Assembly (NCBI GenBank): GCA_963822965.1
Contig: CAWGJT010000010.1
Coordinates: 128,001 to 192,000, forward strand
Reading direction: 5' to 3'
Length of the DNA: 64,000 nucleotides
Source of the DNA: an uncultured delta proteobacterium
GTDB lineage: Bacteria; Myxococcota_A; UBA9160; UBA4427
Under the pieces are notes generated by a model. It did not search any database. It had not been told where the DNA came from and saw only the letters and a program-made list of their open reading frames with translations. Shown here one piece after another: positions 30,397 to 39,942 of the stretch; positions within the stretch are counted from its first letter, which is position 1; every line of letters starts with the position of its first letter. Both the position numbers and the translations under genes were made by a program.

Positions 30397-31932
30397 TCAG
30401 ACCGGAGCGCGCCAGGCCGGCCAGCGCTCGGGCATGGGCGGCAGGCTGCGGTAGAGCTGCGCCACCAGCTCGTCCCGCAGCCCGCGACGAAGGGCGTCGT
30501 CCCACAGGTTCTCGAGCTGCAGGGGGTCGTTCCGCAGGTCGTAGAGCTCGCCCTCGCTGCCGTCGTAGAGCGTGCTCTTCTCGTAGGCCGTGCAGAGGAC
30601 GCCGTCGCGGTAGATGCTGCGCATGTGCGTCGTCGTTCCCCGGAACTCGCAGTCCCACTCGGTGAGGACCTGATCGCGATCCGATCCGGGCCGCATGGGG
30701 AGCGGGCGCCCCTGGCTCCACACCGGCTCCGGGACACCCGCGATCTCGCAGAACGTCGCGGCCAGGTCGATGTGGCCCACCGGCTCCTCGATCTCCGCCG
30801 GGGCGATTCCCGCACGGGGCGCCGGGCGCCAGATCATCGGTACGCGCATCAGCGCGTCCACGTGGTAGGGCCCCTTGAAGAGCAGCCCGAAGTCGCCCTG
30901 GAACTCGCCGTGGTCCGACGTGAAGACGACGTCCGTATCCTGCGCCCGGCCGCGTTCCTCGAGCCGGGACAGCACGCGTCCGCAGGCCTCGTCGATCAGC
31001 TCGTTCTCCACGTGGGTGAGCGCGTTGATCTCGCGGATCTGGTCGGCGGTGAGCTGCGCGGGCACGAACGAGGGCGGTGCCTCCACGTTGATGGCGCCGC
31101 GTCCCTCGAACCAGTCGAGCCAGTGGCGCGGCTTGCGCGCCAGCACCGCGCGGCAGGCGTCCGCGCTCCCCGGGTATCCGGGCGGAAGCGCCAGCTCGCG
31201 CCAGTCGACGCGTCCGATCTCCGAGAGCGGGGGGTCCCAGGGATGGTGCGGATCGGGAAAGCTCATCCAGACGAAGAAGGGGGCGTCGTCCGGCAGCGAA
31301 TCGAGATAGGCGATCGTTCGGTCCGCCACCCAATCCGTGTGGTAGAGCTCTCGGGGCACCGGGTTGAAGTGCGCCTGGGGAGCGCCCGTGTCACCCCCGC
31401 CCGCGCCGTTGACGCAGAACTCTCCGTTCTCGAAGTAGACCTGGCGGTAGAAGTTCTGGATCTGGTCCGGGTGTTGCTCGCGCATGAAGCGCGGGTAGTG
31501 ACCGAAGCCCACCGGGCCGTGCATCACCAGCTCCACGTGGCCGAAGCCGCGATAGGGCCCCGTGGATCCCTCCCGCGCCATGCGCCCTTCGGGCCATTCC
31601 CCCTTCGGGTCGAAGGCCGGCTCGAAGTGGGCCTTGCCGAGCAACGCCGTGCGGTAGCCCGCCTGCTCCGCGAGATGGGCCGCGACGCTCGGCGCCTCCT
31701 CGGGCAGGGGCACGCCGTTCATCCACACCCCGTGCGTGCGGACGTACTGTCCCGTCACCATGGTGGAGCGAGCCGGCATGCAGACGACGTTCTGGTTGTG
31801 GGCCCGCCGGTAGTTGAGACCCTGGGCGGCGAGGCCGTCGACGACGGGTGTCCGCGCGACGCGGCCCCCGTTGCAGCCGAGTGCGTCGTAGCGCTGCTGG
31901 TCGGTGGTGATGAAGAGGATGCTTCGAGGCAT
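30397..31932 (-). CDS. Sulfatase family hydrolase
   Basis: ILFITTDQQR, CMPAR (CxPxR), GKAH, PDPHHP, FTSDHG, ELYDLRNDP. Confidence 0.95.
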   Translation of the reverse strand: MPRSILFITTDQQRYDALGCNGGRVARTPVVDGLAAQGLNYRRAHNQNVVCMPARSTMVTGQYVRTHGVWMNGVPLPEEAPSVAAHLAEQAGYRTALLGKAHFEPAFDPKGEWPEGRMAREGSTGPYRGFGHVELVMHGPVGFGHYPRFMREQHPDQIQNFYRQVYFENGEFCVNGAGGGDTGAPQAHFNPVPRELYHTDWVADRTIAYLDSLPDDAPFFVWMSFPDPHHPWDPPLSEIGRVDWRELALPPGYPGSADACRAVLARKPRHWLDWFEGRGAINVEAPPSFVPAQLTADQIREINALTHVENELIDEACGRVLSRLEERGRAQDTDVVFTSDHGEFQGDFGLLFKGPYHVDALMRVPMIWRPAPRAGIAPAEIEEPVGHIDLAATFCEIAGVPEPVWSQGRPLPMRPGSDRDQVLTEWDCEFRGTTTHMRSIYRDGVLCTAYEKSTLYDGSEGELYDLRNDPLQLENLWDDALRRGLRDELVAQLYRSLPPMPERWPAWRAPV

Positions 31933-32025
31933 CGGGGCAGGGTAACGCGGCGCGCCCGGGAGCGAAGCGGCACGCGCGGCGCTTCGCCCTTGACGGGCGC
32001 GAAGGGGCAGCGGACAGTCTCGCGC

Positions 32026-32706
32026 GTGAAGCGGCTCCGGGTCTGGGTGGTGCTGGTGGTCGCCGCGTGGTCGGTCGCGCCGCAATCGCCCCGGGTGGCG
32101 GACCCGGGACGGCCCGCGCGCGAGGTCGAGGGCCGGGTCGTCGGGATCACGGACGGCGACACGTTGACGCTCCTGGTGGGACGCGAGCCCGTCCGCATCC
32201 GCCTCGCGCAGATCGACGCGCCCGAGAAGAAGCAGCCCTACGGAAACGCCGCTCGGCAGGCCCTGTCCGCCCTCGCGTTCGGCAAGCAGGCGCGGGTCGA
32301 GGTCGTGGACACGGATCGCTACGGGCGTACGGTGGGCGAGGTCTTCGTCGACGGCGTTCACGTCAACCAGGAGATGGTGCGTCAGGGCTACGCCTGGGCG
32401 TACACCCGCTACTCGCGTTCGCTCGCGATCGTCGAGATCGAAGACGAGGCCCGAGCCGCCGAGCGAGGGCTCTGGTCCCTGCCCGCCGAGCAGCGCGAGG
32501 CTCCTTGGCTCTGGCGCCACCGGGGAGGAGCGCCGGCGAAGACGCCGCCTCCATCCGCGCCTCTCGCCTGCGGCAGCCGACGCACCTGCAAGCAGATGGC
32601 GACGTGCCGGGAGGCCCGCTTCTACCTCGAGACGTGCGGGCTGACGCACCTCGACGGGGACGGGGACGGCGTACCGTGCGAGACGCTGTGCGGGCCGGGA
32701 CGGTAG
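32026..32706 (+). CDS. Thermonuclease (SNase) with C-terminal Excalibur Ca-binding domain
   Basis: DGDT, IRLAQIDAPE, DRYGR, GLWS; C..M.TC.EA..LDGDGDGVPCE. Confidence 0.93.
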   Translation: MKRLRVWVVLVVAAWSVAPQSPRVADPGRPAREVEGRVVGITDGDTLTLLVGREPVRIRLAQIDAPEKKQPYGNAARQALSALAFGKQARVEVVDTDRYGRTVGEVFVDGVHVNQEMVRQGYAWAYTRYSRSLAIVEIEDEARAAERGLWSLPAEQREAPWLWRHRGGAPAKTPPPSAPLACGSRRTCKQMATCREARFYLETCGLTHLDGDGDGVPCETLCGPGR

Positions 32707-32793
32707 GCGCACCGCGAGCGTGGGGTCGTGTCCGGTCCGGCATACAATGCCGTCGAGTCGCCGCGCCGCGGCGGAGCCCAGGACGGGAGACGC

Positions 32794-33456
32794 ATGCTCA
32801 CCGAACGCTACCGCGACGCGTTGCTCTTCGCGGCCCGGCTGCATTCCGGGCAGCTCCGCAAGGGGCGGCAGGTGGCGTACCTGAGCCACCTGCTGGCGGT
32901 GTCGTCGCTGGTGATCGAGCACGGTGGCAACGAGGACGAGGCGATCGCAGCGCTGCTGCATGACGCCCTGGAGGACCAGGGCGACGACTATCGCAGCGAG
33001 TACCGGCTGCCGCCCTTCGAGGGACGTGACGCGCTGAGGCGCGATCTCGGACTCCGCTTCGGGCCGCGGGTGGTGGAGATCGTGCGCGCGTGTACCGACG
33101 ACGAGGACTTCCGGAAGCCGCCCGAGGGCGAGCTCGGGAGGGTGGAGCAGTGGAAGGAGCGAAAGTCGGCCTACGTCCGCAAGCTGCGACGCAAGCCGGA
33201 CGCGGGCATCCTGCGGGTGTCGTGCGCGGACAAGCTCCACAACGCCCGCGCCCTGCTGATCGACTACGAGGAGGAGGGGGAGGCGACCTGGCAGCGCTTC
33301 CGGGGGCGCACCAAGGCCAACCAGCTCTGGTACCACGGCGCGCTCGCCCGCACCTTCGAGGACCAGGCCGCCCGGCTCGATGACCCGGGGCTGAAGCGCC
33401 TGTCGACGGAGCTGTCGCGGGTGGTGGATCGCATCGCCGAGCTGTCGTTCGACTGA
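32794..33456 (+). CDS. HD domain hydrolase (Mesh1/SAH, RelA/SpoT-hydrolase-like)
   Basis: HSGQLRKG..YLSH, AALLHDALEDQ, ADKLHNAR. Confidence 0.88.
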   Translation: MLTERYRDALLFAARLHSGQLRKGRQVAYLSHLLAVSSLVIEHGGNEDEAIAALLHDALEDQGDDYRSEYRLPPFEGRDALRRDLGLRFGPRVVEIVRACTDDEDFRKPPEGELGRVEQWKERKSAYVRKLRRKPDAGILRVSCADKLHNARALLIDYEEEGEATWQRFRGRTKANQLWYHGALARTFEDQAARLDDPGLKRLSTELSRVVDRIAELSFD

Positions 33457-33472
33457 GCCGCACGATCCTTCG

Positions 33473-34843
33473 TCAGGTTCCGGTGAGCGCGAGCTCGTCC
33501 GCGACGGGCTCGGGCGCGCGGGGCTCCAGTCGAAGGGCCGTCGCAACGGCCAGGCACGCCACCAGGGCGGTGCCGCCCCAGATCCAGGCGAGGGGCAGGC
33601 GGGTCTCGAGGGCGCCGCGCTCGCCGGCGGCGATGACCGCGCCGCCGAGCCCCGTGGCGATGCTGATGGCCACGGCGTCGGCGATTCCCAGGGCGGTGGA
33701 AGTCGACCCCTCCCGGCCGGCCGGTGTGTGGGCCATCGCGCTGGCGGTGGCGGTCAGATAGCCGAGACCCATGCCGAAGCCGCTCAGCGCCCAGGCCGCG
33801 AAGGCCACCGCGATGGGGGTGGCGGGGTCGAGCATCGCAGCCATCGCCGCGATGGCGACGAGCACGCAGGCGGCGCCCAGCAGGCCCAGGGCGCGCATGC
33901 CGAAGCGCGAGACCAGGCTCGCCTGCAGGTGTGCACCGCTCGTCCAGCAGAGGGCCGCCCCGGTGAGCGTCAGCCCGGCCTGCAGGGGCGAGAGCCCGTG
34001 GATCTCGATCAGGGCGAGCGGCACGAACGCCTCGGTGCCGAAGAACGCGAACACCAGCAGGATCTTGAACGCCACGGCGGCGGGCAGCATGGGGCGTGCC
34101 GTGACGACGCCCTCGGGCAGCGCGCGTCGCAGCGGCGGGCCCGTCAGGGCGAGGCCGCAGGCGACGAGCACGAGCTCCTGTGCGGACACGGGCCGCGCCA
34201 GGGCGAAGAGCACGAGCCCGAGCCCCGCCGCGAGGCGGAGCCCGTCCACCAGCTCGGCGCGGGCGCCCGGGCCGGGCGTGCCCGCGCCGAGCCTTCGCAT
34301 GGAGGGGATGCCCAGGGCCAGCGCCAGGACGACCAGCGGCAGCAGCCCGGCGAACACCCAGCGCCAGGACGCGTGGTCCACCAGGGCGCCCGCCGCCGCG
34401 GGCGCGATGAGGGCGGGCACCACCCAGGCCGACGCCTGCAGGGCCAGCACGCGCGGGCGCTCGCCATCGTCGAAGCCGCGGTTGATCACCACGTACACCG
34501 TTGCGGAGACGATGCCGCCCCCGAGCCCCTGGAGTGCGCGTCCGAGCACCAACGCCTCCATGCCGGGCGCCAGCGCGCTGGCGACGAGCCCGGTCGCGAA
34601 GACCGCGAGACCCAGGGCGAAGGGACGGGCGGGACCGCGGCGCGTGGACTCGCCGCCGCCGATCACGAGCCCGACGAGGCTCGCCAGCAGGTAGGCGAAG
34701 AAGACCGCGCCGTAGAGGGAGCGCCCACCGAGGTCGTCCGCGATGACCGGCAGCACCGTCGTCACCGCCAGCTCGTCGAAGGCATGCAGGGTCACGGCCA
34801 GCAGGCTGCCCACGAGCAACACGGATCGAGCCGGGGAGAGCAT
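33473..34843 (-). CDS. MFS transporter (DHA2-like)
   Basis: Many TM segments; GRALQGLGGG and SWRWVF motifs. Confidence 0.9.
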   Translation of the reverse strand: MLSPARSVLLVGSLLAVTLHAFDELAVTTVLPVIADDLGGRSLYGAVFFAYLLASLVGLVIGGGESTRRGPARPFALGLAVFATGLVASALAPGMEALVLGRALQGLGGGIVSATVYVVINRGFDDGERPRVLALQASAWVVPALIAPAAAGALVDHASWRWVFAGLLPLVVLALALGIPSMRRLGAGTPGPGARAELVDGLRLAAGLGLVLFALARPVSAQELVLVACGLALTGPPLRRALPEGVVTARPMLPAAVAFKILLVFAFFGTEAFVPLALIEIHGLSPLQAGLTLTGAALCWTSGAHLQASLVSRFGMRALGLLGAACVLVAIAAMAAMLDPATPIAVAFAAWALSGFGMGLGYLTATASAMAHTPAGREGSTSTALGIADAVAISIATGLGGAVIAAGERGALETRLPLAWIWGGTALVACLAVATALRLEPRAPEPVADELALTGT

Positions 34844-34926
34844 GGCCGCCAGGGTATCCCCCGGCGGCAATTAAAGCAATAAAATACTTTACTAAATGGT
34901 CGAGCGTGGCTGGATGGTCGACGGGC

Positions 34927-37398
34927 TCAGCGCCAGGGCGCCGTGCCCTGCTCCAGCTCTTCCCAGTGGGGCGAGTCGATCTGGCGCGGGTCCATGTGCT
35001 CGACCGCGTAGCGGAGGTAGATCTTCTCGCGCACGAACAGATCGTGGAGATCCGAATCGATGTGACCCTCTCGCGCCAGCGACTCGAGGATCTGCAGGGT
35101 CTGCGACAGGGGCATGCCGGGCTTGTAGGGCCGGTCGCTCGCCGTCAGTGCCTCGAAGACGTCGGCGAGCCCGAGGATGCGCGACTGCATGTCGAGCTGG
35201 TTGCCGGCGAGACCCTTCGGATAGCCGGTCCCATCGACGTGTTCGTGGTGGGCACCGGCGATCGCCGGCACGTTTCGCAGCTCGGCGGGGAAGGGGAGCT
35301 CCTGCAGCAGGTCGATGGTGGCCACGACGTGGTCGTTGATGATCTGACGTTCGTCGGGGTTGAGGGTGCCCCGGGTGATGGTGAGATTCCGGACCTCGTC
35401 CGCGTCGAGCAGCGGCCGCCGGCTGCCGTCGGCCGCCGTCCACGATTGGCTGGCGCCGATCCGGGAGACGCGCGTCCGGTCCCCCTCGGGCATGAACTCG
35501 CCGCCGCGGTTCGCGCCTTCCAGGAAGGAGAGATCTTCGTCGAGCTGCGCCAGCTCGCGCTGGAGCTCACGGGCCTCGCCGAGAGACGCGCCGCTCTCCT
35601 CGTACGCGCGGATCACGAGGTCGCGGCGGAGGATCTCGAAGCGCGTCCGCACCAGCTCGATGCGGTCGAAGATCGTCTCGAGCTTGGTCGCCTTGTCCAT
35701 CACGTGGACGGGCGTGACGACCTTGCCGCAGTCGTGCAGCAGGGCCGCGATGCGCAGCTCGTAGCGTTCCTCCGGCGAGAGCTGGAAGCTCTTCAGGGGG
35801 CCGGACTCCGCGCCGCAGGCCGATTCGGCGATCAGCTCGGTCAGGATCGGAACCATGCGACAGTGCTGACCCGTATAGGCGGATTTCTCGTCGATGGCGC
35901 GGACGGTCAGGTCGATGAGCCCCTCGAACAGGGCGCGCAGGTTGTTGACCAGGCGTTCCTGACGAATGGCGATGGCGGCCTGGGAGGCGAGCGACTCGCC
36001 CAGGTCCACGCGCTCGGCCGAGAAGGCGACGTCGCCGTCTTCGGATGCCAGCAGGACGAGCGCCCCGATCGCGTCGCCCTGGTCGCTGCGCAGCGGGATG
36101 GCGAGCGAGCCGCGTACCTCGATGCCGGAGCTCTCCGCGAAGCGGCGCCACTCGTCGGCCTCGGTCTCGCTGGAGGCTTCCCGGGAATCGCTGCGGACCA
36201 GGTGACCGGTCGAGGCCGCCCTTCGCGCCGCGCTGCGGGGGAAGCCCGGGGCCGGTGACGGATCGGGTTCGCCGCTCGCACGAAGGATCCGCACGCGGAC
36301 GGCGTCCAGGTCGCCGTCCTCCCGGTCGAGGAAGAGCGCGCAGGCGCGGGCGTGCAGCAGCTCGGTCGCTCCCTCCACGATGCGGTCGAGCAGCCGCTCC
36401 AGGTCGCGCTGGCTGGAGAGCGATTGGCCGATCTCGTTGAGCCGGGCGAGGGACGAGACATGCCCCCGGATCTCCTCGGCCATTCGATTGAACGTCTCGC
36501 CGAGATCGTGGAACTCGTCCCGGGACTCGATCGAGACGCGGGCGGCGAGGTTGCCGCCGGCAACCTCGGTCGCGAAGCGGGACAGCGCGTCGAGGGGGAC
36601 CAGCGTCCGACGCAGCTGCACGAGCGTCAGCAGCGATACCAACGCCACCGTCGCGACGGCCACCAGCGGAAACATCGACTCGAAATCCTTCAGGGGGCGC
36701 AGCACGGCGTCCCGCGAGCGGCTCATGCCGACCTGCCAGTCCTCGGCGTCGATGGTGCCGCCGAGGAAGAGGGGCCAGGTGGTGGCCAGGTGGGATTCGG
36801 CTCCGACCTCCAGCTGGAAGTGCTGCCGGGTCGTGGCCCGGCGCCGCGCAGAGACGGCGCGTAGCGTCAACGGGTCGTGCGGGGCGACGAAGAGCAGCCG
36901 GCCCTCCTTCGTTTCGACCCAGTAGCGCTCGTCGGCTCGGCGCCGCAGGGGGACGAAGACGAACTCGGGGTCGAGCTCCGCGACGATCCAGCGGCCCGTC
37001 GCCGCATGCCACAGACGCATCTCGAGGCGCGGATCGTCGTCGCTTCCCTCGATCCGCAGGGTCGAGGTCCGGTCGCGGGGCGCCGGCGTCCCGGTCTCGA
37101 AGCGGTGCGACAGGATCCCGGGGAGCTCGTACGGTTCGGACTCCGAGTCTCGCGCCAGGATGCCCAGGTTGACCTCGGTGATCATGAGGCGCTCGAGGAT
37201 CGACATGCCCGCGGTCTTGGCCTCCCGGCCCACCGCCAGGTAGGCGTCCGACTCCAGCTGGGAGCGCACCTGCTCGTAGCCGAAGAACGCGAACGCGGCG
37301 ACCGGCACCAGGGCGCCCGCCAGGAAGACCACGAAGACCCGGCGTCCGACCCGGGAGCGCAGCGCCCGCACGTCGACGTCGATGCGCCCGATCCGCAT
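34927..37398 (-). CDS. Membrane HD-GYP phosphodiesterase (periplasmic sensor-HAMP-GAF-HD-GYP)
   Basis: Two TMs; HAMP (DEFHDLGETFNRM); GAF; YTGQH, LHDCGK, HHEHVDGTGYP, ADVFEAL, RPYK. Confidence 0.93.
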   Translation of the reverse strand: MRIGRIDVDVRALRSRVGRRVFVVFLAGALVPVAAFAFFGYEQVRSQLESDAYLAVGREAKTAGMSILERLMITEVNLGILARDSESEPYELPGILSHRFETGTPAPRDRTSTLRIEGSDDDPRLEMRLWHAATGRWIVAELDPEFVFVPLRRRADERYWVETKEGRLLFVAPHDPLTLRAVSARRRATTRQHFQLEVGAESHLATTWPLFLGGTIDAEDWQVGMSRSRDAVLRPLKDFESMFPLVAVATVALVSLLTLVQLRRTLVPLDALSRFATEVAGGNLAARVSIESRDEFHDLGETFNRMAEEIRGHVSSLARLNEIGQSLSSQRDLERLLDRIVEGATELLHARACALFLDREDGDLDAVRVRILRASGEPDPSPAPGFPRSAARRAASTGHLVRSDSREASSETEADEWRRFAESSGIEVRGSLAIPLRSDQGDAIGALVLLASEDGDVAFSAERVDLGESLASQAAIAIRQERLVNNLRALFEGLIDLTVRAIDEKSAYTGQHCRMVPILTELIAESACGAESGPLKSFQLSPEERYELRIAALLHDCGKVVTPVHVMDKATKLETIFDRIELVRTRFEILRRDLVIRAYEESGASLGEARELQRELAQLDEDLSFLEGANRGGEFMPEGDRTRVSRIGASQSWTAADGSRRPLLDADEVRNLTITRGTLNPDERQIINDHVVATIDLLQELPFPAELRNVPAIAGAHHEHVDGTGYPKGLAGNQLDMQSRILGLADVFEALTASDRPYKPGMPLSQTLQILESLAREGHIDSDLHDLFVREKIYLRYAVEHMDPRQIDSPHWEELEQGTAPWR

Positions 37399-37401
37399 GG
37401 C

Positions 37402-37953
37402 TCAGAAGTTCTCGGCCAGGCCGAAGTAGCTTCCGTTGGCGGCCCGGATCACGTCGTCCCGACTGACCTTGCGGTCCAGCTGCTTCTCGCTCTGGCCGTC
37501 CGCGCCGCGGCTGTACAGGTCGTAGTCGGTGTTGATGGGGACCAGGAAGCGGTCCATGCGCGGTCGCGGCGTCGAGCCGCCTCCCGAGGGCCCGGCGGCG
37601 ACCGCGGGCAGGCCGCTCGGGTCGTTGCCCGCCTGGCCCGGCGGCAGCGTGCCGGCGATCTTGAGATACTGGTAGGGATTGCCCCAGGGATCGAGCGAGC
37701 CGCCCAGGTCGGCGTCGGCCAGGGTGGCCGGCAGCTCGGCGTCGTCGATCTTCAAGGCGTCGAGGGAGCGCGAGATGCCCTGCAGCTCGGCCACGGCACG
37801 CGCGACGCGCGCCTTCTCGATGAACTTGGCGTAGCGAGTGCCCGCGACCGCCGCGAGCGCGCCGACGATGGTGAGGACGATGACGACCTCGACGAGGGTG
37901 AAGCCCTCGATCCTCCGGTGTCGTCGTCTGGGAGAGTTCTGAATCCGCTGCAT
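37402..37953 (-). CDS. Prepilin-type protein, GspG-like pseudopilin
   Basis: Basic leader with G|FTLVE cleavage/methylation site, hydrophobic helix, DPWGNPYQY, YDLYSRGADG..DD. Confidence 0.9.
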   Translation of the reverse strand: MQRIQNSPRRRHRRIEGFTLVEVVIVLTIVGALAAVAGTRYAKFIEKARVARAVAELQGISRSLDALKIDDAELPATLADADLGGSLDPWGNPYQYLKIAGTLPPGQAGNDPSGLPAVAAGPSGGGSTPRPRMDRFLVPINTDYDLYSRGADGQSEKQLDRKVSRDDVIRAANGSYFGLAENF

Positions 37954-37968
37954 GGGTCGACCGCCGCG

Positions 37969-38520
37969 CTAGCGAAGTCCCTTGAGCGCGTCCCGGAGAT
38001 CCTTCACGAGGTCGATTGCCTCCGGTCCCAGGTCGCAGGTCGCCACGAGATCGTCCGCGACCCGTTCGATGTCTCCCGCCGCCGCGGCGATCCGACGCTC
38101 GCGCTCGGCCAGGTAGGCGAGCATTGCGTTCAGGGCGTCTGTCTCGGTGTGCAGGTAGTCCACCCGGCGGATGGTGATGGGCCGCGGACTCTCGCCGCGC
38201 GCGATGGTCCGGAACGCTGCGACGTAGCGCGCGAGCGGGCCCGTCATCCGCATGTACAGGAGGAACCCGCTGGCCACCGAGGCGACCAGGCAGACGAGGA
38301 CGACCGGCCAGAAGGCGCCGTGCACCTCGAGTGCGTAGCTGGCGATGGCGCCCAGGGCCTCGGGGTCGAGGTCGGACCGGCTCAGCTGGGTCGCGAGAGG
38401 AACGAAGAGGGACAGCGCGATCACCACGCCGAAGCCGAGGGTCACGATCGCGACCGTCGACATCAGCTGTACCCGGAAGGTGTTGAGGGTCCGGCGCTTG
38501 TCGCCAATGGAGTCCGTCAT
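37969..38520 (-). CDS. Small 2-TM HAMP-domain protein without output domain
   Basis: Two TMs, then GPLAR..IARG..I.IRRVDYL..LNAM (HAMP-like) and a short coiled coil. Confidence 0.7.
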   Translation of the reverse strand: MTDSIGDKRRTLNTFRVQLMSTVAIVTLGFGVVIALSLFVPLATQLSRSDLDPEALGAIASYALEVHGAFWPVVLVCLVASVASGFLLYMRMTGPLARYVAAFRTIARGESPRPITIRRVDYLHTETDALNAMLAYLAERERRIAAAAGDIERVADDLVATCDLGPEAIDLVKDLRDALKGLR

Positions 38521-38924
38521 GATTTCCGTCCCTTCTTCGCGGGGGAAGCCGGCGCCGGAGCGCGCAGCCAGACCTCCTGCCGGTTGTCGAAGCGGAGGGT
38601 CGCGGGCGGGCCGGCCGCGTAGTGGACCCGTACCGCGAGAGTCTCCCGATCGGGGCCCAGGTAGTGCACCGTGTAGAGAGTGTCCGCAGCGGGGACTTCG
38701 GAGGGCTCTGCGCTGACCCCCGTGATGGGCCAGATGTCCATCGTGTACTTGCCCGTGCCGAAGATGACCGAGTTCGGCCGCACCTCGAAGGAGCGTTCCG
38801 CGTAGGCCGCGGCGGTGGTTCGCCAGACGCCCTGGATCTCGGGCGGCGGCGGGCCGCTCGCGCTGCAGGCCAGCAGCACCGAGAGCCCACCGATTCCCAG
38901 CGCGGCAATGGATCGCACGGCCAT
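38517..38924 (-). CDS. Putative small lipoprotein
   Basis: LLAC lipobox; IQGVW beta-rich (lipocalin-like) body; ATGA overlap with the next gene. Confidence 0.65.
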   Translation of the reverse strand: MAVRSIAALGIGGLSVLLACSASGPPPPEIQGVWRTTAAAYAERSFEVRPNSVIFGTGKYTMDIWPITGVSAEPSEVPAADTLYTVHYLGPDRETLAVRVHYAAGPPATLRFDNRQEVWLRAPAPASPAKKGRKS

Positions 38925-39038
38925 CCCCCCCGGCCGGCCGATTCGACGTTTCGACGGGATGCCTTTAGTCGTCGAGGGGAATGCCACCCGGCTCGACGAG
39001 TAAGCTGTCGCCGCCAGGCGACGTGCGCTCGGGTCGGG

Positions 39039-39887
39039 TCAGCCGGCGAGCTTCGCCTTCACCTCGGCGCAGCGATCGAGCACGGGCAGGATCTCGTCCC
39101 GGGCCGCGGGAGGCAGGCCGAAGACGACCCGGTCCACCCCGATCTCCCGGTACCGGGCCGCCACCTTGTCCGAGGCCGCCACGCCGTAGACGCTCACCTC
39201 GAGGCTCGCAGGATCGCGTTCGGCCTCCTCGGCCATGCGACGGAAGGCCGGGATCGCCGATTCCAGGTCGTCTTCGCGGCCCCCGATCGGGATCCAGCCG
39301 TCGCCGTAGCGAACGGCGCGGCGGGCGCCGCCCGGGAAGACACCGCCCACGTGGATCGGCGGGTGTGGCGTCTGCACGGGCTTCGGCCACATGAACAGGG
39401 GCTCGAAGTCCACGTGCTCGCCGTGGTACTCCGCCTCGCTCTGGGTCCAGATCGCCTTCATGGCCTCGATGCGCTCGCGGAGCAGCTTGAAGCGCCCCTC
39501 GAAGGCCGTGCCGTGGTCGGCCATCTCCTCCGCGTTCCAGCCGCCGCCCACGCCGAAGAGGAACCGGCCCCGGGAGATGCGGTCCAGGGAGGCCACCTGC
39601 TTGGCGGTGTGGATCGGGTCGCGCTGGACGACGAGGCAGATTCCCGTGGCGAGCTTGAGGGTGCTCGTGACGGAGGCCGCCGCCGCGAGGGCGACGAACG
39701 GGTCCAGGGTGTCGTAGTACATCTTGGGAAGCTCGGCGCCGCCGGGCCAGGGGGACTTGCGCGACACGGGGATGTGGGAGTGCTCGGCGACCCACAGCGA
39801 CTCGAAGCCGCGCTGCTCCGCCTCGACCGCCAGCTCCGGCAGGCCGATCGAGTAGTCGGTGGGAAAGATCGTGAGTCCGAAGTTCAT
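39039..39887 (-). CDS. LLM class (F420-dependent) oxidoreductase
   Basis: GFESLWVAEH, DPFVALA, SLDRISRGRF..GVGGGW, PKPVQTPHPPI. Confidence 0.92.
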   Translation of the reverse strand: MNFGLTIFPTDYSIGLPELAVEAEQRGFESLWVAEHSHIPVSRKSPWPGGAELPKMYYDTLDPFVALAAAASVTSTLKLATGICLVVQRDPIHTAKQVASLDRISRGRFLFGVGGGWNAEEMADHGTAFEGRFKLLRERIEAMKAIWTQSEAEYHGEHVDFEPLFMWPKPVQTPHPPIHVGGVFPGGARRAVRYGDGWIPIGGREDDLESAIPAFRRMAEEAERDPASLEVSVYGVAASDKVAARYREIGVDRVVFGLPPAARDEILPVLDRCAEVKAKLAG

Positions 39888-39942
39888 GCGGGGCCCTCTC
39901 GTCGTTCGTGGCGCGAGGTGTGATGGGCGGAGCGGGCGTAGT

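Noticed and set aside
30397..33546. Apparent long N-terminal extensions (1049-aa sulfatase, 820-aa Usp, 1220-aa receiver, 933-aa GH3)
   Set aside because: ORF-caller extension to distant upstream starts; family homology begins at 31932, 50125, 52960 and ~42651.
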